This document shows, one piece after another, positions 1-8,955 of a stretch of DNA of 64,000 bases; within the stretch, counting starts at the first letter, position 1, and every line of letters begins with the position of its first letter. The position numbers and the translations under genes were made by a program. The notes under the pieces are model-generated. The model had not been told where the DNA came from and made no database searches. It saw only the letters and a program-made list of their open reading frames with translations. Location: IMG/VR virus record IMGVR_UViG_3300018080_008436, positions 124,001-188,000 of that record. One strand, 5' to 3'.

Positions 1-1869
1 TCCACGATTTACACGACCTGCCATCTGAAGGACACTTCGGTATGATGGTTCTTCTCGGAAACCATAACGGAAGGAGAGGTCAAGTCCGATATCAGAACCA
101 TCTGTTGCAACCAGAATCACATCTTCTCCGTCATTCAATGCTTCACTTACTCTTCTGTATTGCTCTTGTTTGTCGCTATGATTTACTGAAGAGTGTCTAA
201 CAAAAACACTCTTGTCAGTATTCTCTTTCAAAAACTTTGCGAACTCAACTGTTCTAAGAACCGTTGACATTACAACAAAAACACTTCCTTCTTTTTGAAT
301 GATAGCATCTGTCAAACTCTGAAATGACTGCTCCCTCCTATAGAGAGTGTGATAATCGTATTTCACCCTGTCACTTTCTAAAGTCAACATCTGATTGTAC
401 AATGAATCTGATAATACATTAACAATCTCCCAGGTCTTATCAGACAAAAGACTTCGTGTTTGCAAATCTTCCAATTCCCAATAAGAGGGGGGAGATCCTG
501 ATCCAAGAACAAATTTAGACCCGAATAAACAACCTAAGTCATAAAGAAGATCATAGATAAGCCCCCAATGTTGCAATTCAGCACAACGGTCATATTCATC
601 AAAAACAATTACAGCACCAACAATCTTATGAAAATTTCTTATAACTGACGGTGAGTTTGATGTGAAAATATCGAAAAACGTTTTACTAGTCGCAATGTTG
701 ATTGGAGCAGTAACCCCTTTGGCATAGATCTTATTGGTGTACCTTTCATAATCAAACAAAGAGTGGATCGCATTTATCTCTTTATCCTTATCCTCCATGA
801 AAACTAAATCATCCAAACTACCATAACTCTGATCAACCAACGCTATGTAGGGAATATTAATTATGAGTTTATTTAGACCACTTTTCTCTGCTATTTTAAG
901 AGCCAAAGGGATATAAGAGAATGTTTTCCCTGATCCGACCAAACCTTTCACCAGATAAAACATATCTTGTGGATCGGGTTCAAAAGCATTAACTTCTTCC
1001 CTCATCTTATTTCTAAGGTCATTTCGCCTCTTTACAAAAGGCTTGTCTTCGACTCGAAGATCTTTTGTTTTTTGTCCAAGAACTTCATCTAACTTTGTGT
1101 TGAAACTCTTAAGCCTTTCTTCTGGCTTAAGATCGTGAGTTTGAACTGGGTAGTAAGATTTATAGTTCTCAGACGTATCCTTATGATCAGCATCTATCAA
1201 CAAAGAAAGAAGAAACCTAAACATGAGAAATGACTTCAACGTAGTGTCAACAATCTTATTGTTAACGGGAACGTGTTCGAACTTAAAATATTTCTCATGC
1301 TTATAAGAATATGACTTCATATATGTGTCAACATGATCTCTTACTCTTGAGTTTCCCATCATGTATTTCGCCATACTAGAGTCATCCCTTAACGAATCTA
1401 GATCGTAAGAGAACCGTGGACGAAACCTAGACATATCTATTTGAACTACCGAAGAGAAATCATCGAATCCTATGTGGTGGGCGAGGACGATAAATGCCGC
1501 CATGATATATTGGGACTCATTGTATTTATCATAACAGTTAATCAAGAAAGCACAACCAGCATCAACATGGTTAATCATTCTTTGCTTTGTATGTCCATCC
1601 CTGGATGCATCTGGAGGGGTTCTAAGTACCCTCTGGCATTGATCGTCCAACTTTCCCATGTCATGATAGGTACAAGCCAAACTAAGGATATTCTCCATGG
1701 CAGAATACGTCTCTTCGTCTACATTAAGATACTGCTTTTTCTCAGCGAGTAGCTTCAATGCATAAGATCTAACACCATTTACATGGTCCTGATAGGACTG
1801 TGCGGGGATGATTATTTCATCCCCGTAGTGTTTCTTATATTCAGCAGAATGAGCCAAAAGAGGGTTCAT
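1..1869 (-). CDS. cas3: Cas3-like HD nuclease + SF2 helicase (3' end beyond window; absent from ORF track)
   Basis: Hand translation from ATG at 1869: MNPLLAHSAEYKKHYGDEIIIPAQSYQDHVNGV..YHDMGK..NHVDAG..AHHIG..LIDADH (Cas3 HD motifs), then GLVGSGKT (Walker A), FDEYD (Walker B), VATDGSDIGLDL (motif V-like), QMAGRVNRG (motif VI). Frame is open to position 1. Start overlaps the upstream stop (ATGA). Confidence 0.92.
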   Translation of the reverse strand, partial: MNPLLAHSAEYKKHYGDEIIIPAQSYQDHVNGVRSYALKLLAEKKQYLNVDEETYSAMENILSLACTYHDMGKLDDQCQRVLRTPPDASRDGHTKQRMINHVDAGCAFLINCYDKYNESQYIMAAFIVLAHHIGFDDFSSVVQIDMSRFRPRFSYDLDSLRDDSSMAKYMMGNSRVRDHVDTYMKSYSYKHEKYFKFEHVPVNNKIVDTTLKSFLMFRFLLSLLIDADHKDTSENYKSYYPVQTHDLKPEERLKSFNTKLDEVLGQKTKDLRVEDKPFVKRRNDLRNKMREEVNAFEPDPQDMFYLVKGLVGSGKTFSYIPLALKIAEKSGLNKLIINIPYIALVDQSYGSLDDLVFMEDKDKEINAIHSLFDYERYTNKIYAKGVTAPINIATSKTFFDIFTSNSPSVIRNFHKIVGAVIVFDEYDRCAELQHWGLIYDLLYDLGCLFGSKFVLGSGSPPSYWELEDLQTRSLLSDKTWEIVNVLSDSLYNQMLTLESDRVKYDYHTLYRREQSFQSLTDAIIQKEGSVFVVMSTVLRTVEFAKFLKENTDKSVFVRHSSVNHSDKQEQYRRVSEALNDGEDVILVATDGSDIGLDLSFRYGFREEPSYRSVLQMAGRVNRG

Positions 1870-4800
1870 TTGATGTCTTGTTCTTCTACCGTTAACTTGA
1901 TGTGGTTACATCTCAGTTCTTTTGAGACCCATTTCTTTTTCTTAGGCGAGTAATATACAGAAGTGTTTCTGAATGGAACTTTCTCTCCATCGACCAGAAT
2001 CTTCTTTCCATCGATATCGAGTTTTTTGCCATCAATTAATCTCTCAACTTCTAGCTCACCATGATCCCCCATTTTCAAAACAGCATCTTTCTTAGATTTC
2101 CCACCAACATCTTCCAAGAACTTTTTATAGAAACGCTTCCTATTATCACTGGAAACATTTCTCTTTTGCAAAATGTAGACAGTTGATTGGTCTTCAACAA
2201 CAACACCGCTTAACGTTTGGATAAGATCCCGATCAAAGAACCTTTCCCCTATGTTCTTTGAAGCATTGATGTCAGCATCAATAGACTTAATTTTACCATT
2301 GCGGACAACGTACAGTCTTCCCCCTTTCCTGTATCCTATATCTTTAGTTTCATTATCAAGCTGAGAGGTCAGGTATGGAGAAACGTACTGAACTACAACT
2401 CTGTGCTTCTCTGCTTTCTCTTCAATGCGTTTTTTGAGTTCCCCACTCCCCCACAAACTCTGGATCGCATTCTTGTCCTTTTCTCTATATTTCGAGACAG
2501 ACGAATCAAGATCTTCAAGGATGATCATATGAGCACCAAGATCAAGGGCATTATTCACAATGGCAGAAGACAAATAGGTCAGGACATTTCTTCGAAGGCC
2601 ATTAATATAATCCCAGATCTTCTTTCCATAAATCTGATCTGTCTTCACAACTCGAACTGTACCAATCGAAGACCATGACTTCATTAAAGAAAGAAGTGCT
2701 TTCGCAAACTTAATCTTATGAAATGTTTTCTGGGTAACGACTTGTGTCTTTTTTCCCCTGATATTGTCAAGATTTTCCCTCTTAATTCTTGACATAATAG
2801 CCTTCGCTTCCTGAATCAGAGGGGGAACAAATTGTGCGTTACTGGTCTTCCATTTCAAAAGTGAGATGTTCAAAATGTCATCTTGATTTCCTTCTACATC
2901 TTCGGGAAGATGGCTTAAAATCTTGACAACGTAGGGATCGTCTTCGTCAAGAACTTTGATCCCATCAATATCATCAACAAAATCTTTCGCACTAATTTTG
3001 TCAATATGATCTGCATAGGTATCAACATAATAATTGATTTGTTGGATGCAATTATGAAAAGATTGAACGGCCTTACGGCTTGCGATATCTAATTTTCCGA
3101 TATTGCCTAACCCAACAGTATTCCCATTCTCATTCAGGACACCAATAAACTGCCTTTTGAGTTCAGGGTCATCAATGATACTCTTTTTAACAACTGGGAT
3201 TAACTTCACTATCTTTTTTAAGTTGAGAACAAAATAATAACCTTGGTCCATCTCAGAACTCTCAGATTTTGAGCGCAGACTTCCACTTGTAAGGTATTTA
3301 TACCCACCCAATACTCCGTCTTTATAAGAGAAATCAAAAGATGACCATGCCCCTACATTACGAATACCCAAATCATATGCAACCGCTCTACAGTTATTAT
3401 CTGAGATATTCAACTTACTAGGGCTTTTTGCAACATGGTTATAGACGAACTTCCTCAGATTCGAGAGAAATTCCCCTTGTTTTCCGAATTTACCATTCAA
3501 AGGGCTGACATCTGATAACTGGAAAGCAATTTCCCACTTCTTTGTCTTTCTATTAAAAAAGATTCTTGGCTCTTTTGATTTGGCAATAAATCTCGCCTTA
3601 CCACCCGTAGAATAAGAAATAGTGTAATTGTTATCTTTTCGATTCGGATTTCCACTTAAAATTTCCAAATCACTCAGATACTTGTTATTACAAACAACGA
3701 AGTGGACTTCCTTACCTGATAACGGATTATCGAACTTAATTACCAAACCTTCTCCTTCTATACTCATCGAGTAATTAAGATAATTTCCGCCAAGAAGAAT
3801 AGAAGTGCTGTTCTGGAATGTTGATACGTTAATGGAGTTTTTCCCCCAGTGATAACTTTCCTCAACAACCTTTGCGAATGTCCTCTTCCCATCGTGATCT
3901 TTACACAATTTGTAAAACTGCTTTTTATTATTAAAAAGAAACTGCATGAGGGTAACATCCAACCCATACATAAACTGTTCACTTTGGGAAAAGGTGTGAT
4001 TAGGATCAAGAGACTCAAAATAATCATGAATTGAAGGGGTTTTGTCCCCTCGCTTCCCAAATTCTTTATCGAGTTTCTTGACAATAGTTTTGAACGTTCT
4101 GAGTTTCATCTTCTCAATTGGTCCATATTTAGACTCAATCATATCCTCGACAAAGAGAACAAAATCACTATCTTGTTCATAAAGCTTTACACGTTCAGCT
4201 TCCCAACAATTCTTCGACTTTTGATATTCTTCAGAGGTCTCTTCAAATGATTTAAGCTTCCCCGATACATTCCCAACGATTACATATTTGAAGTCAGAAG
4301 ATTCTGACCAACCTATGTCAAACCACAGATAGCCGCTATCTCTTAACTCTTTGTGCGCTTTATATTCAGCAGAACTTATCTCTTTCTTCTTATCCCCAAA
4401 AAAATAGGTCCCAAAACCTCTCGTCTTTTTCTTCTTGGAAAACTTATTGTAGAAGAATCTGCACTTTTTAGCGAAGTCCTCAAAATCTTCAAAATATTCC
4501 TTGTGCTCTTCGTAGTCTGCTTTCAATTGTCTCTGCACTTCTTCTTTTGAAATCTTTTCTCCGTCAATTGACAGTTCTTCCCCCTTCATATATAAAATAC
4601 GAATCAGCAAAGTGTTACTGAGGTCTTGAACCTTCTCGGATATATCTGACAGAGCCTTTCTCAGGCCACCAGAATGTATATTAAATGCACTAATGCTAAT
4701 AGCTCTTGTTAAGGACCTATCTTCATATCGATCCATCATACAGCAACTAAAATCAAGTAGCCCCTTTTTATCTATAGAGTAGTCTGCTTTCTGAATCATA

Positions 4801-5225
4801 TTTTTAAGGGCTGGGAAGAAATCTTCGACTAATGAACCGTTTACACTCATCGAGATAAGTTCATTTAACTTATCAAGATTCTCCTGAGTTGGGTCAGATA
4901 AAAGTTGAGCATAGGCATCCTGTTGCGCCATCACTCCCTGGTAATACTCCTGATACTCTTTCTTTTTCTGAGCCTTCTTTTCTGCACTGCTCATGTTCTT
5001 TCTGACATTTTTTGCCTTGAAATTTTTCTCCCCCTTTACCCTTGAAAAACAAATGAACATAGAGTCCAAAAATTTAGAGGCATAAGACACTAAACTTGGA
5101 TCAACTCCAATATCTGAAAACCCATTTCTCAGTCTTTCTTGAATTTTATTTTTTGTGACAATACCATCATCTTCAAAGAGGTATTCTGACTTCATTAATT
5201 TAACCATTTCGTTGATGTTCATCAT
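1866..5225 (-). CDS. cas12: Type V CRISPR effector-like RuvC nuclease (Cas12-like, 1119 aa)
   Basis: C-terminal split RuvC: AVAYDLGIRN (RuvC-I D), IILEDL (RuvC-II E), VSPYLTSQ, IDADINASKNI (RuvC-III D). Far larger than TnpB. By recollection the C-terminal half most resembles Cas12h/Cas12b-like proteins; subtype not established. Confidence 0.85.
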   Translation of the reverse strand: MMNINEMVKLMKSEYLFEDDGIVTKNKIQERLRNGFSDIGVDPSLVSYASKFLDSMFICFSRVKGEKNFKAKNVRKNMSSAEKKAQKKKEYQEYYQGVMAQQDAYAQLLSDPTQENLDKLNELISMSVNGSLVEDFFPALKNMIQKADYSIDKKGLLDFSCCMMDRYEDRSLTRAISISAFNIHSGGLRKALSDISEKVQDLSNTLLIRILYMKGEELSIDGEKISKEEVQRQLKADYEEHKEYFEDFEDFAKKCRFFYNKFSKKKKTRGFGTYFFGDKKKEISSAEYKAHKELRDSGYLWFDIGWSESSDFKYVIVGNVSGKLKSFEETSEEYQKSKNCWEAERVKLYEQDSDFVLFVEDMIESKYGPIEKMKLRTFKTIVKKLDKEFGKRGDKTPSIHDYFESLDPNHTFSQSEQFMYGLDVTLMQFLFNNKKQFYKLCKDHDGKRTFAKVVEESYHWGKNSINVSTFQNSTSILLGGNYLNYSMSIEGEGLVIKFDNPLSGKEVHFVVCNNKYLSDLEILSGNPNRKDNNYTISYSTGGKARFIAKSKEPRIFFNRKTKKWEIAFQLSDVSPLNGKFGKQGEFLSNLRKFVYNHVAKSPSKLNISDNNCRAVAYDLGIRNVGAWSSFDFSYKDGVLGGYKYLTSGSLRSKSESSEMDQGYYFVLNLKKIVKLIPVVKKSIIDDPELKRQFIGVLNENGNTVGLGNIGKLDIASRKAVQSFHNCIQQINYYVDTYADHIDKISAKDFVDDIDGIKVLDEDDPYVVKILSHLPEDVEGNQDDILNISLLKWKTSNAQFVPPLIQEAKAIMSRIKRENLDNIRGKKTQVVTQKTFHKIKFAKALLSLMKSWSSIGTVRVVKTDQIYGKKIWDYINGLRRNVLTYLSSAIVNNALDLGAHMIILEDLDSSVSKYREKDKNAIQSLWGSGELKKRIEEKAEKHRVVVQYVSPYLTSQLDNETKDIGYRKGGRLYVVRNGKIKSIDADINASKNIGERFFDRDLIQTLSGVVVEDQSTVYILQKRNVSSDNRKRFYKKFLEDVGGKSKKDAVLKMGDHGELEVERLIDGKKLDIDGKKILVDGEKVPFRNTSVYYSPKKKKWVSKELRCNHIKLTVEEQDIK

Positions 5226-5404
5226 TTTGGTTCCTTTAGTTTTTTAGTTTCACAAATAGAACGAGCAGGACAGGTTGAGCAACGAGGAATCCCGAAAGGG
5301 ATATCTTCTTTATAACAATTGTAGAAACCAACTGGTTCCCCTAAGAGACGAATCTTCACCTTCTCCCCTGGCTTAGGTTCCCAAAATTTGAATTCTTTTC
5401 TCAT
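5222..5404 (-). CDS. 60-aa Cys-rich protein (Cx2Cx5C), coupled to cas12-like gene
   Basis: ORF track; PRCSTCPARSIC motif; stop overlaps the cas12 start. Confidence 0.6.
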   Translation of the reverse strand: MRKEFKFWEPKPGEKVKIRLLGEPVGFYNCYKEDIPFGIPRCSTCPARSICETKKLKEPK

Positions 5405-5709
5405 ATCTGGTTCACCTTAACAGATACTTTCTTAGTGACCTCAACCGCCCCAGAACTCTTGAAAGCGACATAGCTCGGATAGCTTTTCTTTTCTTCTTCT
5501 TCGATTTCTTTCAGCCACTCATCCTCGTCAGTAAAATAACGGTAATCAAAACAAGTTTCATAATGAGCGGGATACCCATGACCTGGATTGGTACGAGATC
5601 TTTCATCACCTGGAATGCGAATGTTCCTCTGAGTCATGATTACCCAATGAGGTTCTTTAGGAATCTCTTTCAGATCATGAACATAGGTGGTTTTCGACTT
5701 GTAACTCAT
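5401..5709 (-). CDS. Hypothetical phage protein
   Basis: ORF track; overlaps both neighbours in a coupled run. Confidence 0.7.
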   Translation of the reverse strand: MSYKSKTTYVHDLKEIPKEPHWVIMTQRNIRIPGDERSRTNPGHGYPAHYETCFDYRYFTDEDEWLKEIEEEEKKSYPSYVAFKSSGAVEVTKKVSVKVNQI

Positions 5710-6263
5710 TATCTTTCCTCTTCTTCCATTTCTTTGTAGTTATAATCACATGCATCCATGAACTCTTTGCAAGTGAGTTTTTTCTGAAAATACTTTGGAT
5801 TCATGATCTTCCAAGAGCCTCCGCTTTCCCCTCCAACCCATTCAGAGACCTTCTTGGCGATCTCTTTGATCGTTCTATAGGGTCCATGAATGCCTCTATG
5901 ATCATTGAAAGCGTTCTCGAAATGATACCACTTCCCACTCTCTTTAAAAATGAGAAATGTATGAGTGCCAATTCCATACTGCTGGACGAAAATCATCCTA
6001 CTTGGTATTTCCATCTGATCAAACACATGTTTGGCAAAAACAGTTTGGTCCCAACAGGTCCCCAATCGATGTGTGTACACTTCATGAGGAAGAAGCATTG
6101 AATATTTTTCCCAGAAACGCCCCCCAGTACTCGTGTATTCGTTGTAATCTGAGTCCATCCAACCATAGTCAATTTTTTTCATCCACTTCAGTAAATGATG
6201 AGGGTTTTCGAACTTCTTGATCTTTTTGGGCTTCTTGGTCTTAGAAGTAGTGTACCAACTCAT
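5709..6263 (-). CDS. Transglutaminase-like/papain-fold protein
   Basis: GTCWDQT ... THTFL ... HFEN gives a plausible Cys-His-acid triad. Confidence 0.6.
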   Translation of the reverse strand: MSWYTTSKTKKPKKIKKFENPHHLLKWMKKIDYGWMDSDYNEYTSTGGRFWEKYSMLLPHEVYTHRLGTCWDQTVFAKHVFDQMEIPSRMIFVQQYGIGTHTFLIFKESGKWYHFENAFNDHRGIHGPYRTIKEIAKKVSEWVGGESGGSWKIMNPKYFQKKLTCKEFMDACDYNYKEMEEEER

Positions 6264-6272
6264 ACTTTACTC

Positions 6273-7070
6273 CTATGCAAGAACTTTTACGGAATCACTG
6301 ACCTGCATCCCCTTTGCAGTCATTTCATCGACAAAGCCATCCCCCAAGAACTCCAGAGTTGGAACATTGGAACAAAGATCTTCAAGAAGATAAATCTTCT
6401 GAGCGAAGTCGTCCCCCAACTCATAAACGATGTCGCGTACTGTATTGGCTACGCAATGGCTCAAAGCCTCTCCTGCAACCAACAGCATATCAGCACGATT
6501 CAGCACTTCCAAAAAGAATCTATTGGGAAGAGTGTTTCTGTCCAACGGATCTGGAACTTCTGCTTTGATGGCCGAATAATGTTCGGTATAGGGGTTCTCC
6601 CCCTTGAAGATGTAATTGATCCCCTTGTGGTGATCTTTGCTCAACTTGCGCAAAGCATCAGATACTCTCTTCTCAATCTGAAACCCTTCAGTTCCAGCGA
6701 TACAATGAGGTGGCCAAATGGTCAAAGGATATCGTCCGTTTTCCTCAAGTTCCTTCACATACTGTTCAGCCCAAAGAGCGTCCCGAGTATCTGCCACAGT
6801 ATACAGACCATCCTCCAATACCTTCCTTGTGATAGACGTAAGAGGATTAGGTTCATTCCCTTTGCCATCCTTCCAAAAAACGGGATGAGCAATATCATAC
6901 TCATTATGGCAGTCCATTGTCACATGAGTATGAGTGAATTTATGGCCATGCAGGGCCAGGAATTTGGCGAGACGAACACAGTCTTGGTCTGCGCCTCTAA
7001 CATAGAGTGCTCCTTCGGGATCGCAGAAATCGTTCTGTGGGTCAATGATCAACAGTTGTAGGTTTGGCAT
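6273..7070 (-). CDS. pncA: Nicotinamidase (isochorismatase family)
   Basis: IIDPQNDFC, TMDCH, WPPHC, KG..EHYSA, GEALSHCV motifs. Confidence 0.85.
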   Translation of the reverse strand: MPNLQLLIIDPQNDFCDPEGALYVRGADQDCVRLAKFLALHGHKFTHTHVTMDCHNEYDIAHPVFWKDGKGNEPNPLTSITRKVLEDGLYTVADTRDALWAEQYVKELEENGRYPLTIWPPHCIAGTEGFQIEKRVSDALRKLSKDHHKGINYIFKGENPYTEHYSAIKAEVPDPLDRNTLPNRFFLEVLNRADMLLVAGEALSHCVANTVRDIVYELGDDFAQKIYLLEDLCSNVPTLEFLGDGFVDEMTAKGMQVSDSVKVLA

Positions 7071-7102
7071 AGTTTTCTCCTATTGCTACGTTGTTAGTAC
7101 AT

Positions 7103-7130
7103 AAAAAAGGACTACTATTATAGTAGCCCT
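7103..7130 (-). terminator. Intrinsic terminator overlapping the next promoter
   Basis: Minus strand AGGGCTACTA-TAA-TAGTAGTCCT followed by a T-run. Confidence 0.7.
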
Positions 7131-7147
7131 TAAAATTAATTTGTCAA
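7120..7147 (-). promoter_or_regulatory. Class I promoter TTGACA-N16-TACTAT (upstream of pncA and the cas12-cas3 run)
   Basis: One of nine intergenic CTTGnnn-N16-TAnnnT sites. Confidence 0.7.
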
Positions 7148-7172
7148 GTTGTTCTTAGTAAAAAACTTCGCC

Positions 7173-7859
7173 TTATTTATAAGGCGTTATAGGTAGGTAT
7201 TCGTCCTCCGTCCCTGGTGCAATTACAGCCCCTTTGAACGGCCTATCCAATACGAACTTCCCGTCAACAAATTTACCATATCCAGCTTGTTCGAACTGCT
7301 TAAACACTTCCATTTTTGCTTGTCTGGCAATAGCCGTCTTCTCAGCATTTGATAGTGCAACCTTCTCTACAACATTTGTTACGTTAGGCATAGGTTTTAC
7401 AGGTTCAACGTTTGATGGTTTTGACAATTCAATTAGTGAGTTATTGACAACGGTCTTAAGCTTTTCAGCCCATTTCTCGAAGTCTTGTTCGGTTACTTTC
7501 TCTTTCTCCAGTTCTTCGATCTGCGTAAGAATCAAATTAATCCTGTTCTCAACGTTTGTCAGATCAGCAGGAGTAGGTTCTTCAGGTTCAACTTTAATTG
7601 GGTCCATCTTTTCAAGATTGTCCACTCTTTCTTCGAGCTTCCCATTTGCATCTTGTAACCCAGTTAGTGCTTCCAACAACTCAAGATTACTTGAGGCCAA
7701 TTCATCATTCTGATAAATCAACTGTTGGATTTGGATCTTGTCCCCCTCATTCAAAGCCTGAATCATTTCTTTCTGTTTGAGAGTGATTGACAGGCAGTAC
7801 GCAACGACAGCTACCAGGACAACCCCAGTAATCAATTCTAGCCATTCTTTCCCTTTCAT
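7173..7859 (-). CDS. Membrane-anchored coiled-coil protein
   Basis: N-terminal hydrophobic helix followed by heptad-rich sequence. Confidence 0.7.
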   Translation of the reverse strand: MKGKEWLELITGVVLVAVVAYCLSITLKQKEMIQALNEGDKIQIQQLIYQNDELASSNLELLEALTGLQDANGKLEERVDNLEKMDPIKVEPEEPTPADLTNVENRINLILTQIEELEKEKVTEQDFEKWAEKLKTVVNNSLIELSKPSNVEPVKPMPNVTNVVEKVALSNAEKTAIARQAKMEVFKQFEQAGYGKFVDGKFVLDRPFKGAVIAPGTEDEYLPITPYK

Positions 7860-7905
7860 GGTGATACCTCCGTTACTCTAGTAACATTATAACTATGATA
7901 TCACC

Positions 7906-7933
7906 TAGTTCAAGACTTGTTTCCGAAAATCCT
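7906..7933 (-). promoter_or_regulatory. Class III (SigH-like) promoter AGG-N19-GAACTA
   Basis: Same spacing recurs at 11641-11668(-), 41421-41445(+) and 44840-44867(+). Confidence 0.45.
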
Positions 7934-7934
7934 T

Positions 7935-8912
7935 TCAGAAAAGCTCGGCTGGCATGTCAGATTCTTGAAAATAACGCAGGCCCTTGGTTGTGATTTCTCG
8001 GCCCTTACTAGAATTTTTGATGAGGTTAAGTTCCTTAAGTCGAACTTCTAACTCAGACTTAATGTTATTCTCATTCACCATTAATATGAGCGCAAGGCTC
8101 GAACAGGAAATGGGACCGTGATCCTTGATGATCCGAAGAAGCTTGACCTCTTCACTAGTAAGACCTCGCCATTGTATATCAAAGATGTTTTTGATGTCTT
8201 CCCAATCTTTGGTTGTTATAGTGTTGAGCTTGTTCAGATTGGCGTAACGTTTGATATTCTGGGCCAACTGATAAGCATTTCTAGCCCTTGATCGACATGC
8301 ATCGGAAAGTTCCTGGTGAGAACATGCCAATTGGGTGTAACCAAGATACAATTGCAGAATGGCAATCAAATCCTTCTGCTCATATGGAGAGAAATAGACT
8401 GAATAACATCGATTCCGCAACGGACGAAACATCATATGGGCATCAGTCGTTGCGAAGATGAGGTTAACAAACCGCAAATCGTAAACGAACTCGACACCCA
8501 TATGAGAAAACGTATTTCTATGGTCTGCTGTTGGATTCAGCAGGGTCAACAGGATGGTAGTCATCTCACTATTCAACTGATGGGATTCATCAAAGAAAAT
8601 AGTGGTAGGAGAATGGATCTGGGAGATAACATCTTTGAAGAAGTCGTCCCGTTTCTTAATCATACCACTGTTAACGGCAATAAATTTCCTACCCAAAGAT
8701 TTAGCTAACTTCTCTGCCAGGAAAGTCTTTCCCAACCCATGAGATCCTGTAAGCAAGACGGTTGGGAAAGGGGTTTCCAGAGAGTGAGACTGAACGAAGA
8801 ATTTCATCTTCTTAATGACGGTTTCCTGCCCAATATAGTTGTCCAGATAACTACTTCTCGTAACTGTCTGAGGTTTCTTCTGGGCTATGTCGATTTTTGT
8901 AGCCATTGACAT
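7935..8912 (-). CDS. ruvB: RuvB-like AAA+ ATPase (Holliday junction branch migration helicase homolog)
   Basis: YIGQE, GSHGLGKT, FFDESH, ATTD, PLRNR and a C-terminal winged-helix (GREITTKG). Confidence 0.8.
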   Translation of the reverse strand: MSMATKIDIAQKKPQTVTRSSYLDNYIGQETVIKKMKFFVQSHSLETPFPTVLLTGSHGLGKTFLAEKLAKSLGRKFIAVNSGMIKKRDDFFKDVISQIHSPTTIFFDESHQLNSEMTTILLTLLNPTADHRNTFSHMGVEFVYDLRFVNLIFATTDAHMMFRPLRNRCYSVYFSPYEQKDLIAILQLYLGYTQLACSHQELSDACRSRARNAYQLAQNIKRYANLNKLNTITTKDWEDIKNIFDIQWRGLTSEEVKLLRIIKDHGPISCSSLALILMVNENNIKSELEVRLKELNLIKNSSKGREITTKGLRYFQESDMPAELF

Positions 8913-8955
8913 CTCTCCTTATTCTACGAATACAGTAGCATATAAAAAGGATTTG

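Noticed and set aside
1441-1752. + strand 103-aa ORF, and other long + strand ORFs such as 6195-7061, 20115-20735 and 24934-25587
   Set aside because: Antisense shadows of well-supported minus-strand genes, with no motifs.
1801-1827. GCGGGGATGA resembles half of a type I-E CRISPR repeat
   Set aside because: Single copy, inside the cas3 coding sequence, with arms in the opposite order to the I-E hairpin.
1866-5225. IS200/605 TnpB transposon
   Set aside because: The protein is about three times TnpB size, lacks the CxxC zinc finger, has no tnpA or element ends, and is coupled to cas3.
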